A stretch of 64,000 bases of DNA from Nitrospirales bacterium (GCA_965203295.1 CBDBCZ010000019.1:1280001-1344000), one strand, 5' to 3'. Shown: positions 29,802 through 41,558, counted from the stretch's first letter. Translations and numbers: made by a program. Notes: a model not told the origin generated them from the letters alone.

Positions 29802-30043
29802 CGGGACTTTCTCCCGTTTGAAAAGGACAGATTTTTAGGATGTATAATAGAAAGATTGAGTGCGTCTGATAAGATGTTGTAACAGGTTGGACGGTTTTTA
29901 GACTCTTCTTCAAGACGTTTAGGCCAAACACCTATTAGGCTGATCATTGTAAGTATGGATGACGATATTGGGGAACGAAGAAATGATAACCCCCTTTTTG
30001 AGGTTACTTGCTTTGGAGTTTCGAGATTAAAGGAGTTCGTGTC

Positions 30044-30673
30044 ATGAAAATATTAGGTATCGGTTCCATTCTTGCTCTCTGTGGTTTTTTAATGGTTGCC
30101 TCCAATGGTCGAACACAAAATGATAATCCAACAGGCGATTTTGCGAAAGCCACTTTTGCCGGAGGATGTTTTTGGTGCATGGAACCGCCGTTTGATAAGC
30201 TTGATGGTGTCATATCTACGACATCAGGCTATACAGGTGGGCACCTTCAAGACCTGACATACAAGCAAGTTTCCGCAGGAGGGACTGGACATGCGGAGGC
30301 CGTGGAGGTTCTCTATGATCCAAACAAGATTAGCTATCCCGAACTCCTAAAAGTGTTCTGGAAAAATATTGATCCAACCACAGCTGATCGCCAGTTTTGT
30401 GATATAGGTGATCAATACCGGACAGCCATTTTTTATCACAATGAAGAGCAGCGTGATTTGGCTATACAGTCAATGCAGGACATTACTCAATCCAAATCAT
30501 TTCCAGAGCCAATTCTGACTGAAATTTCCGCAGTATCACAATTTTATGACGCGGAAGAATACCATCAGGATTTTTATCAAAAAAACCCTATCCGGTACCG
30601 TTTCTACCGCTTTGGTTGTGGACGGGATGCACGTTTGGCTGAACTTTGGGGGACAGATAAACCTGCGGCGTGA
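30044..30673 (+). CDS. msrA: Peptide methionine sulfoxide reductase MsrA with signal peptide
   Basis: FAGGCFWC, TGHAEAV, QYRTAIF, AEEYHQDFY. Confidence 0.95.
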   Translation: MKILGIGSILALCGFLMVASNGRTQNDNPTGDFAKATFAGGCFWCMEPPFDKLDGVISTTSGYTGGHLQDLTYKQVSAGGTGHAEAVEVLYDPNKISYPELLKVFWKNIDPTTADRQFCDIGDQYRTAIFYHNEEQRDLAIQSMQDITQSKSFPEPILTEISAVSQFYDAEEYHQDFYQKNPIRYRFYRFGCGRDARLAELWGTDKPAA

Positions 30674-30819
30674 TCGTTATTCTCCGCATTTGTCATGTGC
30701 GTAAAGGCAGAAACCAAGGTTCTACACGGTTTGAGTGAATACCCGTCTGTCGGCATGAGGGCTGCAATGTATTCTCCATCCTCTTACCCCTGATCCCATT
30801 CAAGAGTCTGTCCCTCACG

Positions 30820-31465
30820 ATGTCTCGAAGAAACCTTCCGAAGTTGCTTGACATCATTCTCATCCTGTCAGAGCAGTCTCTCGTCTTTCCTGGAGACCTT
30901 CCTCCTTTGATTACACGAACCTCAGATTTGACTCGAGGGGATCCTCTTACGGTTTCGCATCTCTCGATGAGTTACCATATTGGGATACATGTCGATGCGC
31001 CTGCTCATTTCTTAGAAGATAGTTCCACCTTGGACAATCTTCCGCTTGAATCTCTTTACGGACCTGCCCTTGTGGTTGATTTGCGGGGTCGGGACATGAT
31101 CAATCTTGAAGATGTGTCGTCTTTGTCCATTCCGCAACGGCATCACATTCTTCTTCGAACCGATAATGCTGCCTTGCTGAGACTGGATGGATATAGCAAG
31201 AAACATTGTGTGCTTTCCCCAGAGGTAGCGACATATTTATGCAGCTTTCACCCTCTTTCAGTAGGCTTTGATTATTATAGCCTTGATCCAGACCAAGGAC
31301 CTGATAATCTTCCATCTTGTGCTGGCTCGTGCTGGGGTCGCCGTGTTTGTTTGTCTTGATTTGTTCAATGTCGCACCAGGCCCTTATGTTTTTGCAGGAT
31401 TTCCACTTCGCCTAGCCGTCGCCGAAGCATCACCTGTTCGTGCTTTGTTAATCGATAGCCCTTAG
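30820..31465 (+). pseudogene. Cyclase/kynurenine formamidase-family protein, frameshifted
   Basis: FPGD, HxGxHVDAPAHF (reads HIGIH), LLRT, GFDYYSLD; C-terminus in a different frame from about 31310. Confidence 0.8.
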
Positions 31466-31537
31466 GAAAGAATGTCAAGCAAACGAAGGATCTTTCAACT
31501 CTCGCATCACAATAGAAAAGATGAATATGTGAAGGTG

Positions 31538-32545
31538 GGGTCAACACTTTACTTTTTAGTAACCTCCTGCTAGCCCGGCCCCATGTCACGACCGCTGCGG
31601 ATTGAATTTGAGGGAGCCGTCTATCATGTCACCTCACGCGGCAATGCGGGGCAACCGATCTTCGAGGCTGACCAGGACCGACTTCGGTTCCTAGAGCTAC
31701 TCGGACGAGAAGTCCAGCAACAGCACTGGCGCTGTCATGCCTACTGTCTAATGGGGAACCACTACCATCTTCTCGTGGAGACCCCGGACGGCCATCTCCG
31801 CCGGGGCATAGCTCGGTTGAATGCAGTCTATTCCCAATGGTTCAATCGTCGGCATGACCGGTCTGGACATCTGTTCCAAGGTCGCTACAAGGCGATTCTA
31901 GTTGAACGGGACCCCCATTTATTGGAATTGTGTCGGTATGTGGTATTGAACCCGGTGCGCGCAGGGCTGGTGAAAAAAGTGGAGGCGTGGCCGTGGAGCA
32001 GTTATCATGCCACGGTAAAAGGACAGCGGGGGCCTGCGTGGCTGACCACCACGTGGGTGCTCAGCCAGTTCACTCGCCAGCTTGCAGCCGCACGTCGAGC
32101 CTACCGCCGCTTTGTCGCGGAGGGCCAGGGGGAGCCGTCCCCGTGGAACCAGGTCACCGGGCAAGTCTACCTGGGCAGTGAGAGCTTTGTAGAGGCGATG
32201 CTCCGGCGGATCCCACCTGATAACCGGGAGCAGATCGCGCAGGAAGCGTTGCAGCCTCGCCGTCCAACGAGCGAGCAAGTGGCGAAGGCGGTGGCAAAGG
32301 CGGCAGGGGTGGCGACATCCGTGGTATTGGACCGGCAGCACCGTCAGGATATGTTTCAGACAACCGTGTATCTCCTGCGGCGGGTGTGTAACGAGTCGTT
32401 AAAGGCCACCGCGGCTCTGGCTGGAGTGTCGCCGGCTCGGGTCTCACAGATTCAACGCCAGATTGAAGAGGCCGGGGGCCTGACTCATGCGTTTCCCTGG
32501 ACCCGACGGGTGAAATGGGCTAGAAGGTACAGTGTTGACCCTTAG
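31538..32545 (+). mobile_element. RAYT-type element bounded by perfect 11-bp inverted repeats
   Basis: GGGTCAACACT (31538-31548) / AGTGTTGACCC (32531-32541); enclosed DNA visibly GC-richer than flanks. Confidence 0.75.
31583..32545 (+). CDS. REP-associated tyrosine transposase (HUH/Y1, IS200-related) with C-terminal HTH
   Basis: MSRPLRIEFEGAVYHVTSRGN, GNHYHLL (HUH), GHLFQGRYK, RYVVLNPVRAG (Tyr), WPWSSY. Confidence 0.93.
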   Translation: MSRPLRIEFEGAVYHVTSRGNAGQPIFEADQDRLRFLELLGREVQQQHWRCHAYCLMGNHYHLLVETPDGHLRRGIARLNAVYSQWFNRRHDRSGHLFQGRYKAILVERDPHLLELCRYVVLNPVRAGLVKKVEAWPWSSYHATVKGQRGPAWLTTTWVLSQFTRQLAAARRAYRRFVAEGQGEPSPWNQVTGQVYLGSESFVEAMLRRIPPDNREQIAQEALQPRRPTSEQVAKAVAKAAGVATSVVLDRQHRQDMFQTTVYLLRRVCNESLKATAALAGVSPARVSQIQRQIEEAGGLTHAFPWTRRVKWARRYSVDP

Positions 32546-32573
32546 ACGGTATTGGCCCAGAAGGAAGATCTCA

Positions 32574-32939
32574 ATGAGGTTGTCTGGACGAATGATCGGG
32601 CTTTTGAAAGAATACATGCACGATCTTGTTGAACAAGCTAAACAGGAAGAGGCTGCGACGCAGGCATTTGGGTATTCCTCGCCACCATACAGGGCTGATC
32701 AGGCTGTCTCTGATTTGCTAGCTATTCTTGATGATCGAATCGAGTCAGAAGGTGTTCAGGTAGGGCTGTCGGTGGAATTTCTCCATGATATGTGGACGGT
32801 GTGCAATGAAGCGCAAACTCATTTACACGATACGGTTTGGCTCCAAAAGAATTTAGAAGAGGGGCCTTATTCAAAATTCAGAATTCGAGAATTAACCTAT
32901 CGTGCCCTTATTGAGTATTTGGAAAACTTACCAGAATAG
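32574..32939 (+). CDS. Hypothetical protein
   Basis: Open frame with GGAAG upstream and protein-like composition; no motif recognised. Confidence 0.6.
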   Translation: MRLSGRMIGLLKEYMHDLVEQAKQEEAATQAFGYSSPPYRADQAVSDLLAILDDRIESEGVQVGLSVEFLHDMWTVCNEAQTHLHDTVWLQKNLEEGPYSKFRIRELTYRALIEYLENLPE

Positions 32940-32982
32940 TTTTTCCTTGCCCTTAGCGCTGTAAGCCGATACCATTCATTCC

Positions 32983-34172
32983 TCAATCAACTTCCGAAGC
33001 CGCTTTGACAGTTTTGCCAGGTTCATAATGAGGCAGATGCGGTCCACACAGTCGCTCTAGTGCGGTGAGCAGGGTCCTGACATGATCAAATTGAGATGAT
33101 TCTCCCATAAGCCCAATCCGCCAGACCTTTCCGGCTAATGGTCCCAGCCCCCCCCAATTTCAATGCGAAAGTCTCTCAAGAGTTGTGAGCGAAATGAACG
33201 ATCCTCGACAAACGTGGGAAGCGTCACGCAAATCAAGGTGGGAAGGGAGAATTCCGGATGCGGAAATAACTTAAAACCGAGGGCTTGGAGGCCAGCTAAA
33301 AGAGCTTTGCTATGTTTGCGATGACGAGCAAAACGAACTTCCAACCCTTCCTCATGAATAATGCGTAGAGATTCCCTGAGTGCGTAGATCATAGAAATGG
33401 GTGCCGTATGGTGATAGGTTCTTTTACTTTCGTTCCAGTACTCGGAAAAGAGCGAACAATCTAAATACCAGCTCTGACAGGGTGTTGTTCGGTTTTTGAT
33501 CACCTCGATCGCACGATCACTCAGCGTCAATGGGGATAACCCAGGTGGGCAACTCAGACATTTTTTGGTTGCACTGTAACAAGCATCGGTTCCCCATTCA
33601 TCGACATTGACAGGAAGTCCACCCAAAGAGGTAACGGCATCGACCAGTAACAGGGCCCCATGCTCATGGCAAATTGACGCCAAGTCTTCAATGGGTTGTC
33701 TAACCCCTGTTGACGTCTCTGCATGAACAAGAGCTACAGCCTTTACTGGTTTGTTGCTCTTTAAGCATTGCTCAATAGCAGAAGGGGGAATGACGTGACC
33801 CCATGGAACTTCGATAGGAATAGGTTTCCCGCCGCATCTAACCACCATTTGAGAGAGTCGAGTGCCAAAGACCTCTTTGATGCCAACAATAACAAAATCT
33901 CCGGGTTCCACAAGATTGACGATAGTCGTCTCCATGGCCGCTGAGCCCGTACCGGATACGGCAAAAGTCGAACGATTCTGAGTTTGGAACAACCAACGCA
34001 AGAGGTCTTGCACGTCGTTCATCATGGCAAGGAACTCGGGATCAAGATGCCCGATCAGCGGAGTATTCATGGCGCGGAGGACGCGAGGATGCACCATGCT
34101 TGGGCCGGGCCCGAGTAAAAGCTTCGGAGTGGGGTTTAGCTCGCTAAAGCTGGACAACGAAGAATACCTCAA
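32983..34172 (-). pseudogene. Alanine-glyoxylate/serine-pyruvate aminotransferase (class V PLP), frameshifted in a G8 run
   Basis: [36 protein letters not shown]; tail [18 protein letters not shown] needs 9 G where 8 are present (33148-33155). Confidence 0.85.
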
Positions 34173-34323
34173 CGTGTATAGGGGGAGAAATTGTAACGGA
34201 ATTCATTGATGGTGGCTATGATCTTTAAAGATATTGTGATAAGAGCAGATAGTCTGGGGAATCTTCCTTCGTTGTTGAAGGTGTTTATGCCTCTTATGAG
34301 AAATACGAGGTGATGAGGGTTGA

Positions 34324-35822
34324 TTGAATCTCTCTTCTGAACCAGAGTCAAATGTTGAGCCTCAGGAAGTTCGAGAAGATCATGGTTCCTCTGTCCCACC
34401 CATTCGGTTTCGGGTATTTCCCACAGCTATCCTCGCCAGCATACTTGTCATCTTCGTGGGCTTGTTGATTCTGGTTCACTTTTCGACACCTAAACTAGAA
34501 GGCGTTCAACGCCCAGAACTTGCACTGGAAATGGTGGCTAACCAAATGATGTATCTGCGTCAAGGGTTGGCTGGTACTCCGGAATGGGAACAAACTTTCA
34601 ATGAAGTCGTGGGCGGAACAGATCAAGAGATTGATCAATTAATCGAATGGTATGCCGAGTTGGCCGAGAATTCCTCTGATCCCCTTGTCCACTTGTACTT
34701 GGCGGTCCTCCAAGTGGAAGGAGGGTATCTCGAATTGGTAAAAGACAAGCTCAGTGAATGGCAAAATCGCCCGATCCCGTATCCATTCTTTGCCACTCTG
34801 TTAGGGGTGGCCTTTTTCAATGAACCGGTTACTGGTTCAGATGCTCTAGAGCTCCAAGCCCGGTTAGCCGAAATGGTTCCAGACAGTACAGTTGGTTTTA
34901 TTATCAATTAGAAGGAAACGTTACCTTGCGTTTCCCGAATTCACCCAGGATGTCGGTGAATCAGGAAATTTTGGAAGCCCGGTCTGCTCGATTAGTCCAA
35001 CGCAATCGGGTTATTGGTCTGACCGAGATGTTGCTCTTTATTGTCGGTTGCTTGGCACTCACGATTTTGGTGTGGCAAGGTTGGCGTAAGGGAAAAGACA
35101 CGTATTGTGTAGGAGAAGCCTATTTCCCTCCCCCGTGGCCTGGGTGGCATGGAGTGACAATGTTGTTACGAGGGGGAGGGTGGGCGGCTCTCTTGTTGTT
35201 CGTCGTCTCCCTGATTGGAGGTGAGCAGCCTATTGTTCTCTTCTTTCTTAGTCCTCTCCTTCTTCATGTTCCGGTTCTTCTGTTGGCTCAGTGGCATTTA
35301 TTTTCTCCTTACAGCCTTTCGTTGGGACGTGGTACAGGGTGTTGGGTCGTACCTGGTGGGTGGGGATCCTTTGGCCTATTTGTTCTGGCCATGGTTACTC
35401 TAGGATTGTTTGGAGATTGGGTTATTGCGTAGGGGGCAGCTGAATGGCAAAGTTCTATTCACTGGACCGATTGGTATGATCCGATCCTCGTCATGGGGAG
35501 TGTAGGAGAACTTGTCCCTGCGATCTTAGGGTATGCCGTGATTGCGCCGGTTTTAGAAGAATTCGTTTTTCGGGGTATTTTGTACGCGACGATTCGCCGT
35601 CAATTGGGGCCGTGGGGTTCTATCCTGATAAGTGCAGTCATTTTTTCTCTTGCCCATGGATATGGAGTCGTTGGAGGATTGACTATCTTTTTGAGTGGGA
35701 TTCTATGGGTTTGGGCCTATGAAAAAACAGGAAGTTTATTGCCGGGAATGGCAGCTCATGCCCTCAATAATTTCTTGGTTTGTGGTACGGTATTACTTCT
35801 TAGTTGTCAAATACCGACGTGA
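34324..35822 (+). pseudogene. CPBP (CAAX/Abi) intramembrane metalloprotease with large N-terminal domain, disrupted
   Basis: EEFVFRG, FSLAH, AHALNN motifs in the last piece; break at about 34890-34925 and in-frame TAG 35430-35432. Confidence 0.8.
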
Positions 35823-36610
35823 AAACTTTCAAGTAGGTCTAAAGCTTTGTAGAGATCAGGATGTCTCAGGGTGTAATGGAGCCCAGTGAAAATTTTATTT
35901 GGACGAAGATGTTTCCCCAAGTTTTCTGGTTGGACAGAAGGAGAAGCATGAAGGCCCCACCGTTGTGCTGCCATTTGGCATATTTCTGAACAAGGACGCG
36001 GTCTGCCGTCGCTGAGAATATACATTTCTGCCGGTTGGCTCCGCTCTAGTGCAGCTAGACAGATTCCAGCTACGTCCTCAACATGAATAAGATTGATGAA
36101 CCGCGAGCTGTTCGAGAGTTTTCCCCTGCGGATCCAATTGACAACATTTCGTCCGGGTCCATATATCCCTGCTAACCGAAGAATGATCACTCCAAGAGTC
36201 GCTCGGAGGAATTCCTCACATTTTACCCGTGGTAACGAGCAATCTGGCTTTACTGTTTCATCGATGATGCTTCCCTCTTTTGCCGGGTAGGCTGAAGTAC
36301 TCCCCAATACCAAAATCCGTGCGCCTCGTTCCGTCACCAGTTTGGCAAAATTGGTGGCGTGTGTTTGTGGAAGGGGAGGGAAACACCAGAAGAGATCCGC
36401 GTTCTCCGGTATATGTTGCCAAGTCTGTTCTTTTAGCAGATCAAATTCAATGCGTTGTTGAGGAGGAACAAAAGTCAGGTGGGCGTCGGGGGAACGGCTG
36501 GTACAGTAGACCTGCCTCCCCTGGGCTTTGGCCTGATCATAGATGAAACGCCCAGCGTACCCTGCTCCTAAGATAATCAGCGGTCGTGGGAAGGAATCAG
36601 TTGCTGACAA
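35807..36610 (-). CDS. Atypical SDR / NAD-dependent epimerase (YeeZ-like)
   Basis: GAGYAG, STSAY, RLAGIYGPGR, NLIHVED. Confidence 0.85.
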   Translation of the reverse strand: MSATDSFPRPLIILGAGYAGRFIYDQAKAQGRQVYCTSRSPDAHLTFVPPQQRIEFDLLKEQTWQHIPENADLFWCFPPLPQTHATNFAKLVTERGARILVLGSTSAYPAKEGSIIDETVKPDCSLPRVKCEEFLRATLGVIILRLAGIYGPGRNVVNWIRRGKLSNSSRFINLIHVEDVAGICLAALERSQPAEMYILSDGRPRPCSEICQMAAQRWGLHASPSVQPENLGKHLRPNKIFTGLHYTLRHPDLYKALDLLESFHVGI

Positions 36611-36697
36611 GAGATGTGCCCCTCTGTCAAATGGGGTGAGAAAGAACGCACATCGGCAAGCGATTTCTAGTCCAACCCTGATGTTGACAAACCGTGT

Positions 36698-37209
36698 TCA
36701 CTGTTCTGCCATGTATTCGCGAGAATACGTGATGTAATTGTTGGCTGATTCTTGAATCCATGCTAGTTCCCTTTCAGTGATGGCACGATGGACTCGAGCA
36801 GGAGATCCCAGGGCAAGGCTCTTCGGTGGAATCGATACTCGTTCGGTCACCAGAGCCCCGGCCCCTATAATGCAGTCCTCTCCAATGATGGCTCCGTCCA
36901 TAACAATGGCCCCCATTCCCAATAAAACCCTGTTGTGGATCGTGCAGCCGTGAAGCACGACTGGTGGCCGATGGTGACGTCATCTCCGATAATCAGGGGA
37001 TGGGCGTCATGGGTGACATGAAGGAGTGACAGATCTTGGACGTTCGTGCGGTCGCCGATTCTAATGAAGTGAACACCACCGCGGACGACCGAGTTGAACC
37101 AGACACTGGAGTCTGACCCGATGACCACGTCCCCAATAATGACGGCGTTGTCGGTAATGAATGTACTGGGAGGAATGGTGGGTTGCATGCCACGATACGA
37201 CTTAATCAT
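36698..37209 (-). pseudogene. Gamma carbonic anhydrase-family hexapeptide protein, frameshifted
   Basis: IIGDVVIG..SSVW, TNVQD...H, VTIGH / VVLHGC split by a 1-nt loss at about 36962. Confidence 0.87.
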
Positions 37210-37262
37210 AAAATTACTGCACGAAGTCCGTCTTGAAGAATCTCGTTCACGAAAAGGTCGGC

Positions 37263-37754
37263 CTACGGTCTGACTAATATGGCAGCAATAACCAAGACCG
37301 TTAGAGCGGTCATCACGGCAACATAGACGGTGATGCTTCTATCGCTCAGCCAGGCCGTCTACCAGTCTTTGGGATACAGCGCTTTCTCTACCAAATACAA
37401 TCCTTCATCATAGAGGCCCAAGACTCTCTCCATCTCAATTAACGTTTGTCTGGCTATTCGGTGACGATCTCGCTGTTGAAGAATAAGATAAATAAAAAGA
37501 GCAGAGAATAGTGCCGTTCCGGTTATGGAAAAGAGGCGAACGGTGGCATCCAAAGGATTGTCAGAAGAAAGCGCTATCAGAGTGATAAGGAGTAAAACTA
37601 AAAAGGCATTTGCAAATGCGGTCAACCGCATCATCTGCTCGCGTCGTCGAAACACCTCCTCTTTATACCAGGGATACAGAACTCGAAGGACTTCGAGCTG
37701 TTCCTGGCGTAGCCTACCAGAGGATTCGGTTGGGGGATAGGACAGCTCGCTCAT
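37263..37754 (-). pseudogene. Hypothetical membrane protein with internal amber codon
   Basis: Frame continues past TAG (37361-37359) as TAWLSDRSITVYVAVMTALTVLVIAAILVRP*, a further TM helix. Confidence 0.6.
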
Positions 37755-38527
37755 GAGTCACAAGAGAGGTGCTCTGTCATCCAAGTGGCTAAGAGCAAGG
37801 TCATTTCCAGAAAATCCTCTGGACGACTAAAATGATGATCCGCTCCTGGTAGAACATGAAGTTCATTTTCCCCTTTGAACGATCGCGCAAGTTGACGGAC
37901 TTGAGAAATTGGAACAAGTTCATCGGCTTCGCCATGAACAATACAAGTTGGAATGTGGATCTGTTCTGCCGCGGAAAAGGCATTGTATTGGCAAGACGTT
38001 TCGTAAAAGGAAAATTCCAAATCGAGCATGGTTCCCTTTTCCATCGAATTCGGAATTTGATTGGTCCGTTGCCAGACTGCCATGTCACCCTCTCCGAGTT
38101 GGTTGCGGAATAGTTTTGGAAGGTTCGGAACTGGGCATTTGAGGCCAATGGTCCAAAGGCTTGAGTACAAACCTCCCTTGAGTATGCTGATTAGACCTCC
38201 AAAGCTCGAGCCGATAATGCCGATTCCTGTATAGCCTTGTTTTCCGAGATATGCCATGGCGTTGTCAAGTTGTTGGCAACAGATTTCTATGGTGATGTTC
38301 GAAAAAGTTCCTTCGGATTCACCCATGCCAAACCAATCGAATCGGAATGTGGCAATTCCCTGAGGAATAAGCAGTTCAGTCAACCGCTGATTTGTTTTGC
38401 TGTTTTTCTGCGACAGAAATCCGTGGCAAAGCAGAACCGCTCTTGTGGTCGGCTGATCCGGTTTCGAAAGAATGGCCGAGACCATGTGTCCCTTTTGATC
38501 CTGAAACGTGCAGTTGATGTGATTCAT
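37751..38527 (-). CDS. Alpha/beta hydrolase
   Basis: CHGF, RFDWFGMGESEG, GSSFGG nucleophile elbow, HGEADELVP, GADH. Confidence 0.88.
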   Translation of the reverse strand: MNHINCTFQDQKGHMVSAILSKPDQPTTRAVLLCHGFLSQKNSKTNQRLTELLIPQGIATFRFDWFGMGESEGTFSNITIEICCQQLDNAMAYLGKQGYTGIGIIGSSFGGLISILKGGLYSSLWTIGLKCPVPNLPKLFRNQLGEGDMAVWQRTNQIPNSMEKGTMLDLEFSFYETSCQYNAFSAAEQIHIPTCIVHGEADELVPISQVRQLARSFKGENELHVLPGADHHFSRPEDFLEMTLLLATWMTEHLSCDS

Positions 38528-38613
38528 CAAAAGTTTTATCTTGAAGCAAGAAAATTACGGATTCGTCAATTGGGTGGCTGAGATGGAACAGGCAACACGG
38601 GAGTGCTGATCGG

Positions 38614-39405
38614 TCAATTCTCTAGGGAAAAAAAGTGGTTGGTTGGTCCATGTCCATGGCCAATGGGTAGACTATGGCGAATGGCGTTAGTCAAATAAGT
38701 TTTTGCGATCGTAATAGCCTCGGTGAGGTCCTTTCCCCGTGCTAACTGGGCAGTAATGGCTGACGCGTACGTACAGCCGGTCCCATGGTTATGAGGAGTC
38801 TGAATGAATTCGCCTTCGTACATGCGAAAGAACCGCCCATCGTAGAGAAGATCAGTGGCGGGGCGTTCGAGGAGATGGCCTCCTTTGAGGAGAACAAAGC
38901 GACATCCCATTTTCTGGATGGATTTCGCAGCCTGTCTGGCTTCAGGAAGGCTTCGAATCTGAATGCCTGACAGCAGTTCCGCTTCTTGAATATTCGGCGT
39001 CACAAGAAAGGCAAGGGGTAGCAACTCCGATTTGAGGGTATCAATGGCATCAGCTTCCAAGAGTGTATGGCCACTTTTTGATACCATCACTGGGTCGACG
39101 ATCAGGAATGGGTCTTTATGACTCGATAATTGGCGGACGATTGTTGTGGTGATGGAAGACGTAGAAAGCATTCCCGTTTTTACCGCTGACACGTCGAAGT
39201 CATCAAAGATGGCTTTGAGTTGAGCCTCAATAATGGATTCAGGGATGTTGTAAATCGCCGTGACTCCTTGAGTGTTTTGTGCGGTGATAGAGGTAATGAC
39301 TGACATGGCGAAGGTGCCATTCGCCGACATGGCTTTGATGTCAGCCTGGACGCCAGCTCCACCCCCGGAGTCTGATCCAGCAATAGTAAGAACCTGTTTC
39401 ATCAT
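38614..39405 (-). CDS. thiD: Hydroxymethylpyrimidine/phosphomethylpyrimidine kinase
   Basis: [36 protein letters not shown]. Confidence 0.96.
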   Translation of the reverse strand: MMKQVLTIAGSDSGGGAGVQADIKAMSANGTFAMSVITSITAQNTQGVTAIYNIPESIIEAQLKAIFDDFDVSAVKTGMLSTSSITTTIVRQLSSHKDPFLIVDPVMVSKSGHTLLEADAIDTLKSELLPLAFLVTPNIQEAELLSGIQIRSLPEARQAAKSIQKMGCRFVLLKGGHLLERPATDLLYDGRFFRMYEGEFIQTPHNHGTGCTYASAITAQLARGKDLTEAITIAKTYLTNAIRHSLPIGHGHGPTNHFFSLEN

Positions 39406-39555
39406 GTCTGGAAATGGTAAATGCTTGTGGGAAAAGGTGATATTTGAAGCTAATAGTTGGGATTTGTCTTGCCCAATTTCGACTGTATCATGGGCGGAAA
39501 ATGGTGGTCAAACTTTGTCATTGCATAGGGAAATTGACGAACCTGCCTAGGAGCG

Positions 39556-39998
39556 TTGATGTTAGGACAAAAGAGAAAGATTCTTCCCTCGAATAAGGTT
39601 TTTTTCCTTCTTTGTTTTTTTCTTGGTAGGAGGATGTGGAGGAGACCATCAAGAAGTCTCAGTGTATGCCGAGGAATTTCGCTTTACCCCCAGGCATATC
39701 AAGGTCAGTGCTTTAGGGCCGATTCGTCTTGTGGTCACGAATTTGGGGAGAGAACGTCATATGTTTACGAGTTCCCTGCTGAGCATACCAGATTTGACTG
39801 TTTCTTATGAGACAGAAAGAAAAGCGGGTTTCAAGGATACGCAAGGAATTCCCATAGATCCTGGAAAGTCCCTTATTGTCGTGTTAAAGGCTCCGCCGCC
39901 GGGAAGTTATGGCTTTAAATGTTTGATTCGTGGACATAATAGAGGATATGGAAGGTACGCTCACGGTGGAGAAAAACCTGAGTGGCCCTGGTTCCTAA
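39556..39998 (+). pseudogene. Cupredoxin-domain lipoprotein, frameshifted twice
   Basis: Lipobox LVGGC, FRFTP, N....H, YGFKCLIRGH then MEGTLTVE in a shifted frame (Cys/His/Met type-1 Cu ligands); signal peptide also out of frame in a poly-T tract. Confidence 0.75.
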
Positions 39999-40113
39999 GG
40001 AACCCAGGACCACGACCTGTCAGAGTTTGTCAGATTTTCGAGGAAAAAAGGGAGGATCAATTCAGGGCCTGAGATGTACCCAAATTGCAATCAAAACTAG
40101 CCCGAGAAAACAG

Positions 40114-40398
40114 CTACTTCATATTGTGGTAGGGTTGGCGGTGTTCTTCATCCCGATGGCAGCTCTTTTCCGCCAACATACGTTGGCCAGCAGTGGCATT
40201 GCCAGGAATTCTTTTTAAACAAGCCTCTAAATTGTCCCCTTCGGTTCCCGCGGCTACTGGTTCTGATGCCTCGGCCTGAACGCTTCTTTCAGCCGTCTCC
40301 TTGGTCTCATTGCCGTACCACGCACAGCCAGCAGTAATAAAGGCGAAGAGTCCAAGAATCGCTAAGAACCCTCCAATTCGAAATTGTTTCTTGCTCAT
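40114..40398 (-). CDS. Small lipoprotein, unknown function
   Basis: Lipobox ITAGC, Cys pair in the C-terminal half, GGAGG RBS. Confidence 0.65.
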   Translation of the reverse strand: MSKKQFRIGGFLAILGLFAFITAGCAWYGNETKETAERSVQAEASEPVAAGTEGDNLEACLKRIPGNATAGQRMLAEKSCHRDEEHRQPYHNMK

Positions 40399-40612
40399 GA
40401 AAAGTCCCCTCCTTTGCTTAAGAAATGCCACTATAATCAAGGAATCAAAAAAACGCAAGTCATGCAAAATAAAAGAGGTATAGGGGAGTGCTTGCTTGAC
40501 ACGTGGGGTCTTCATTAGCTACCGTGTAATAGGTATTTTATTCTAAATAGAGGCCCTTCCACTTACAGACTGTGGTGAGCAGAATTCATCCACGAAGCGG
40601 TGGGAATGACCG

Positions 40613-41530
40613 GTGACCGTTCAGGATCTCATCCTTTCCCTCCACCGTTATTGGGCTCAACAACACTGCACCATCCAACAACCTTATGACCTGGAAAAAG
40701 GGGCAGGGACGTTCAACCCTGCGACTTTTTTACGGGCTCTAGGGCCTGAGCCGTGGCGAGCAGCTTATGTTGAGCCATGCCGTCGACCGACCGACGGACG
40801 CTATGGCAACAACCCTAATCGCCTCCAGCATTATTATCAATACCAGGTGGTGATCAAACCATGCCCAGATAATATTCAGGCTCGGTACCTTGAAAGTCTT
40901 TCCTGCCTAGGGATTAACCTCCGCAAACACGACATCCAGTTCATCGAAGATGATTGGGAATCCCCCACACTTGGAGCATGGGGGTTAGGGTGGGAGGTTC
41001 GTCTTGATGGGATGGAGATTACACAGTTTACCTATTTTCAGGAGGCTGGTGGACTGGAGTTAGACCCAGTGACTGTCGAATTGACGTATGGCACTGAGCG
41101 GATCGCCATGTACATCCAACAGGTGGATAACGTCTATGATTTGCAATGGTCGCAAGGCCTCACATACGGTGATTTATTCCATGCCTCTGAGGTGCAATTT
41201 TCTCAATACAATTTCGAGCAGGCTGATGTGAAAATGGTGAAGTCGACCTTCGAGGCTTTTGAGTCGGAATGTCGGCGGCTTTTGGAAGTCGGGCTGCCCT
41301 TACCAGCTTACGATTACTGTATGAAGACATCCCATCTGTTTAATCTCCTCGATGCTCGTGGGGCAATTGGTGTGGCCGAACGCACGGCCTATATTGGTCG
41401 AGTGCGAGCATTAGCAAGGGGTTGTGCGGAGGAATACGTGGAATTTCGCAAATCGCTTGGATTTCCCCTGCTTGGAACCAAAGGGACAGTCTTTCAATCT
41501 TCAGGGAAGGAAAAGAAGGTTTTTGCGTGA
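40613..41530 (+). CDS. glyQ: Glycine-tRNA ligase alpha subunit
   Basis: [42 protein letters not shown]. Confidence 0.98.
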   Translation: MTVQDLILSLHRYWAQQHCTIQQPYDLEKGAGTFNPATFLRALGPEPWRAAYVEPCRRPTDGRYGNNPNRLQHYYQYQVVIKPCPDNIQARYLESLSCLGINLRKHDIQFIEDDWESPTLGAWGLGWEVRLDGMEITQFTYFQEAGGLELDPVTVELTYGTERIAMYIQQVDNVYDLQWSQGLTYGDLFHASEVQFSQYNFEQADVKMVKSTFEAFESECRRLLEVGLPLPAYDYCMKTSHLFNLLDARGAIGVAERTAYIGRVRALARGCAEEYVEFRKSLGFPLLGTKGTVFQSSGKEKKVFA

Positions 41531-41558
41531 TGAGGAGAAACGGTAGTTTTCGTAAGCC

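Noticed and set aside
27088..30673. ligA-mug-msrA as a repair operon
   Set aside because: The genes alternate in orientation and share no visible regulatory motif.
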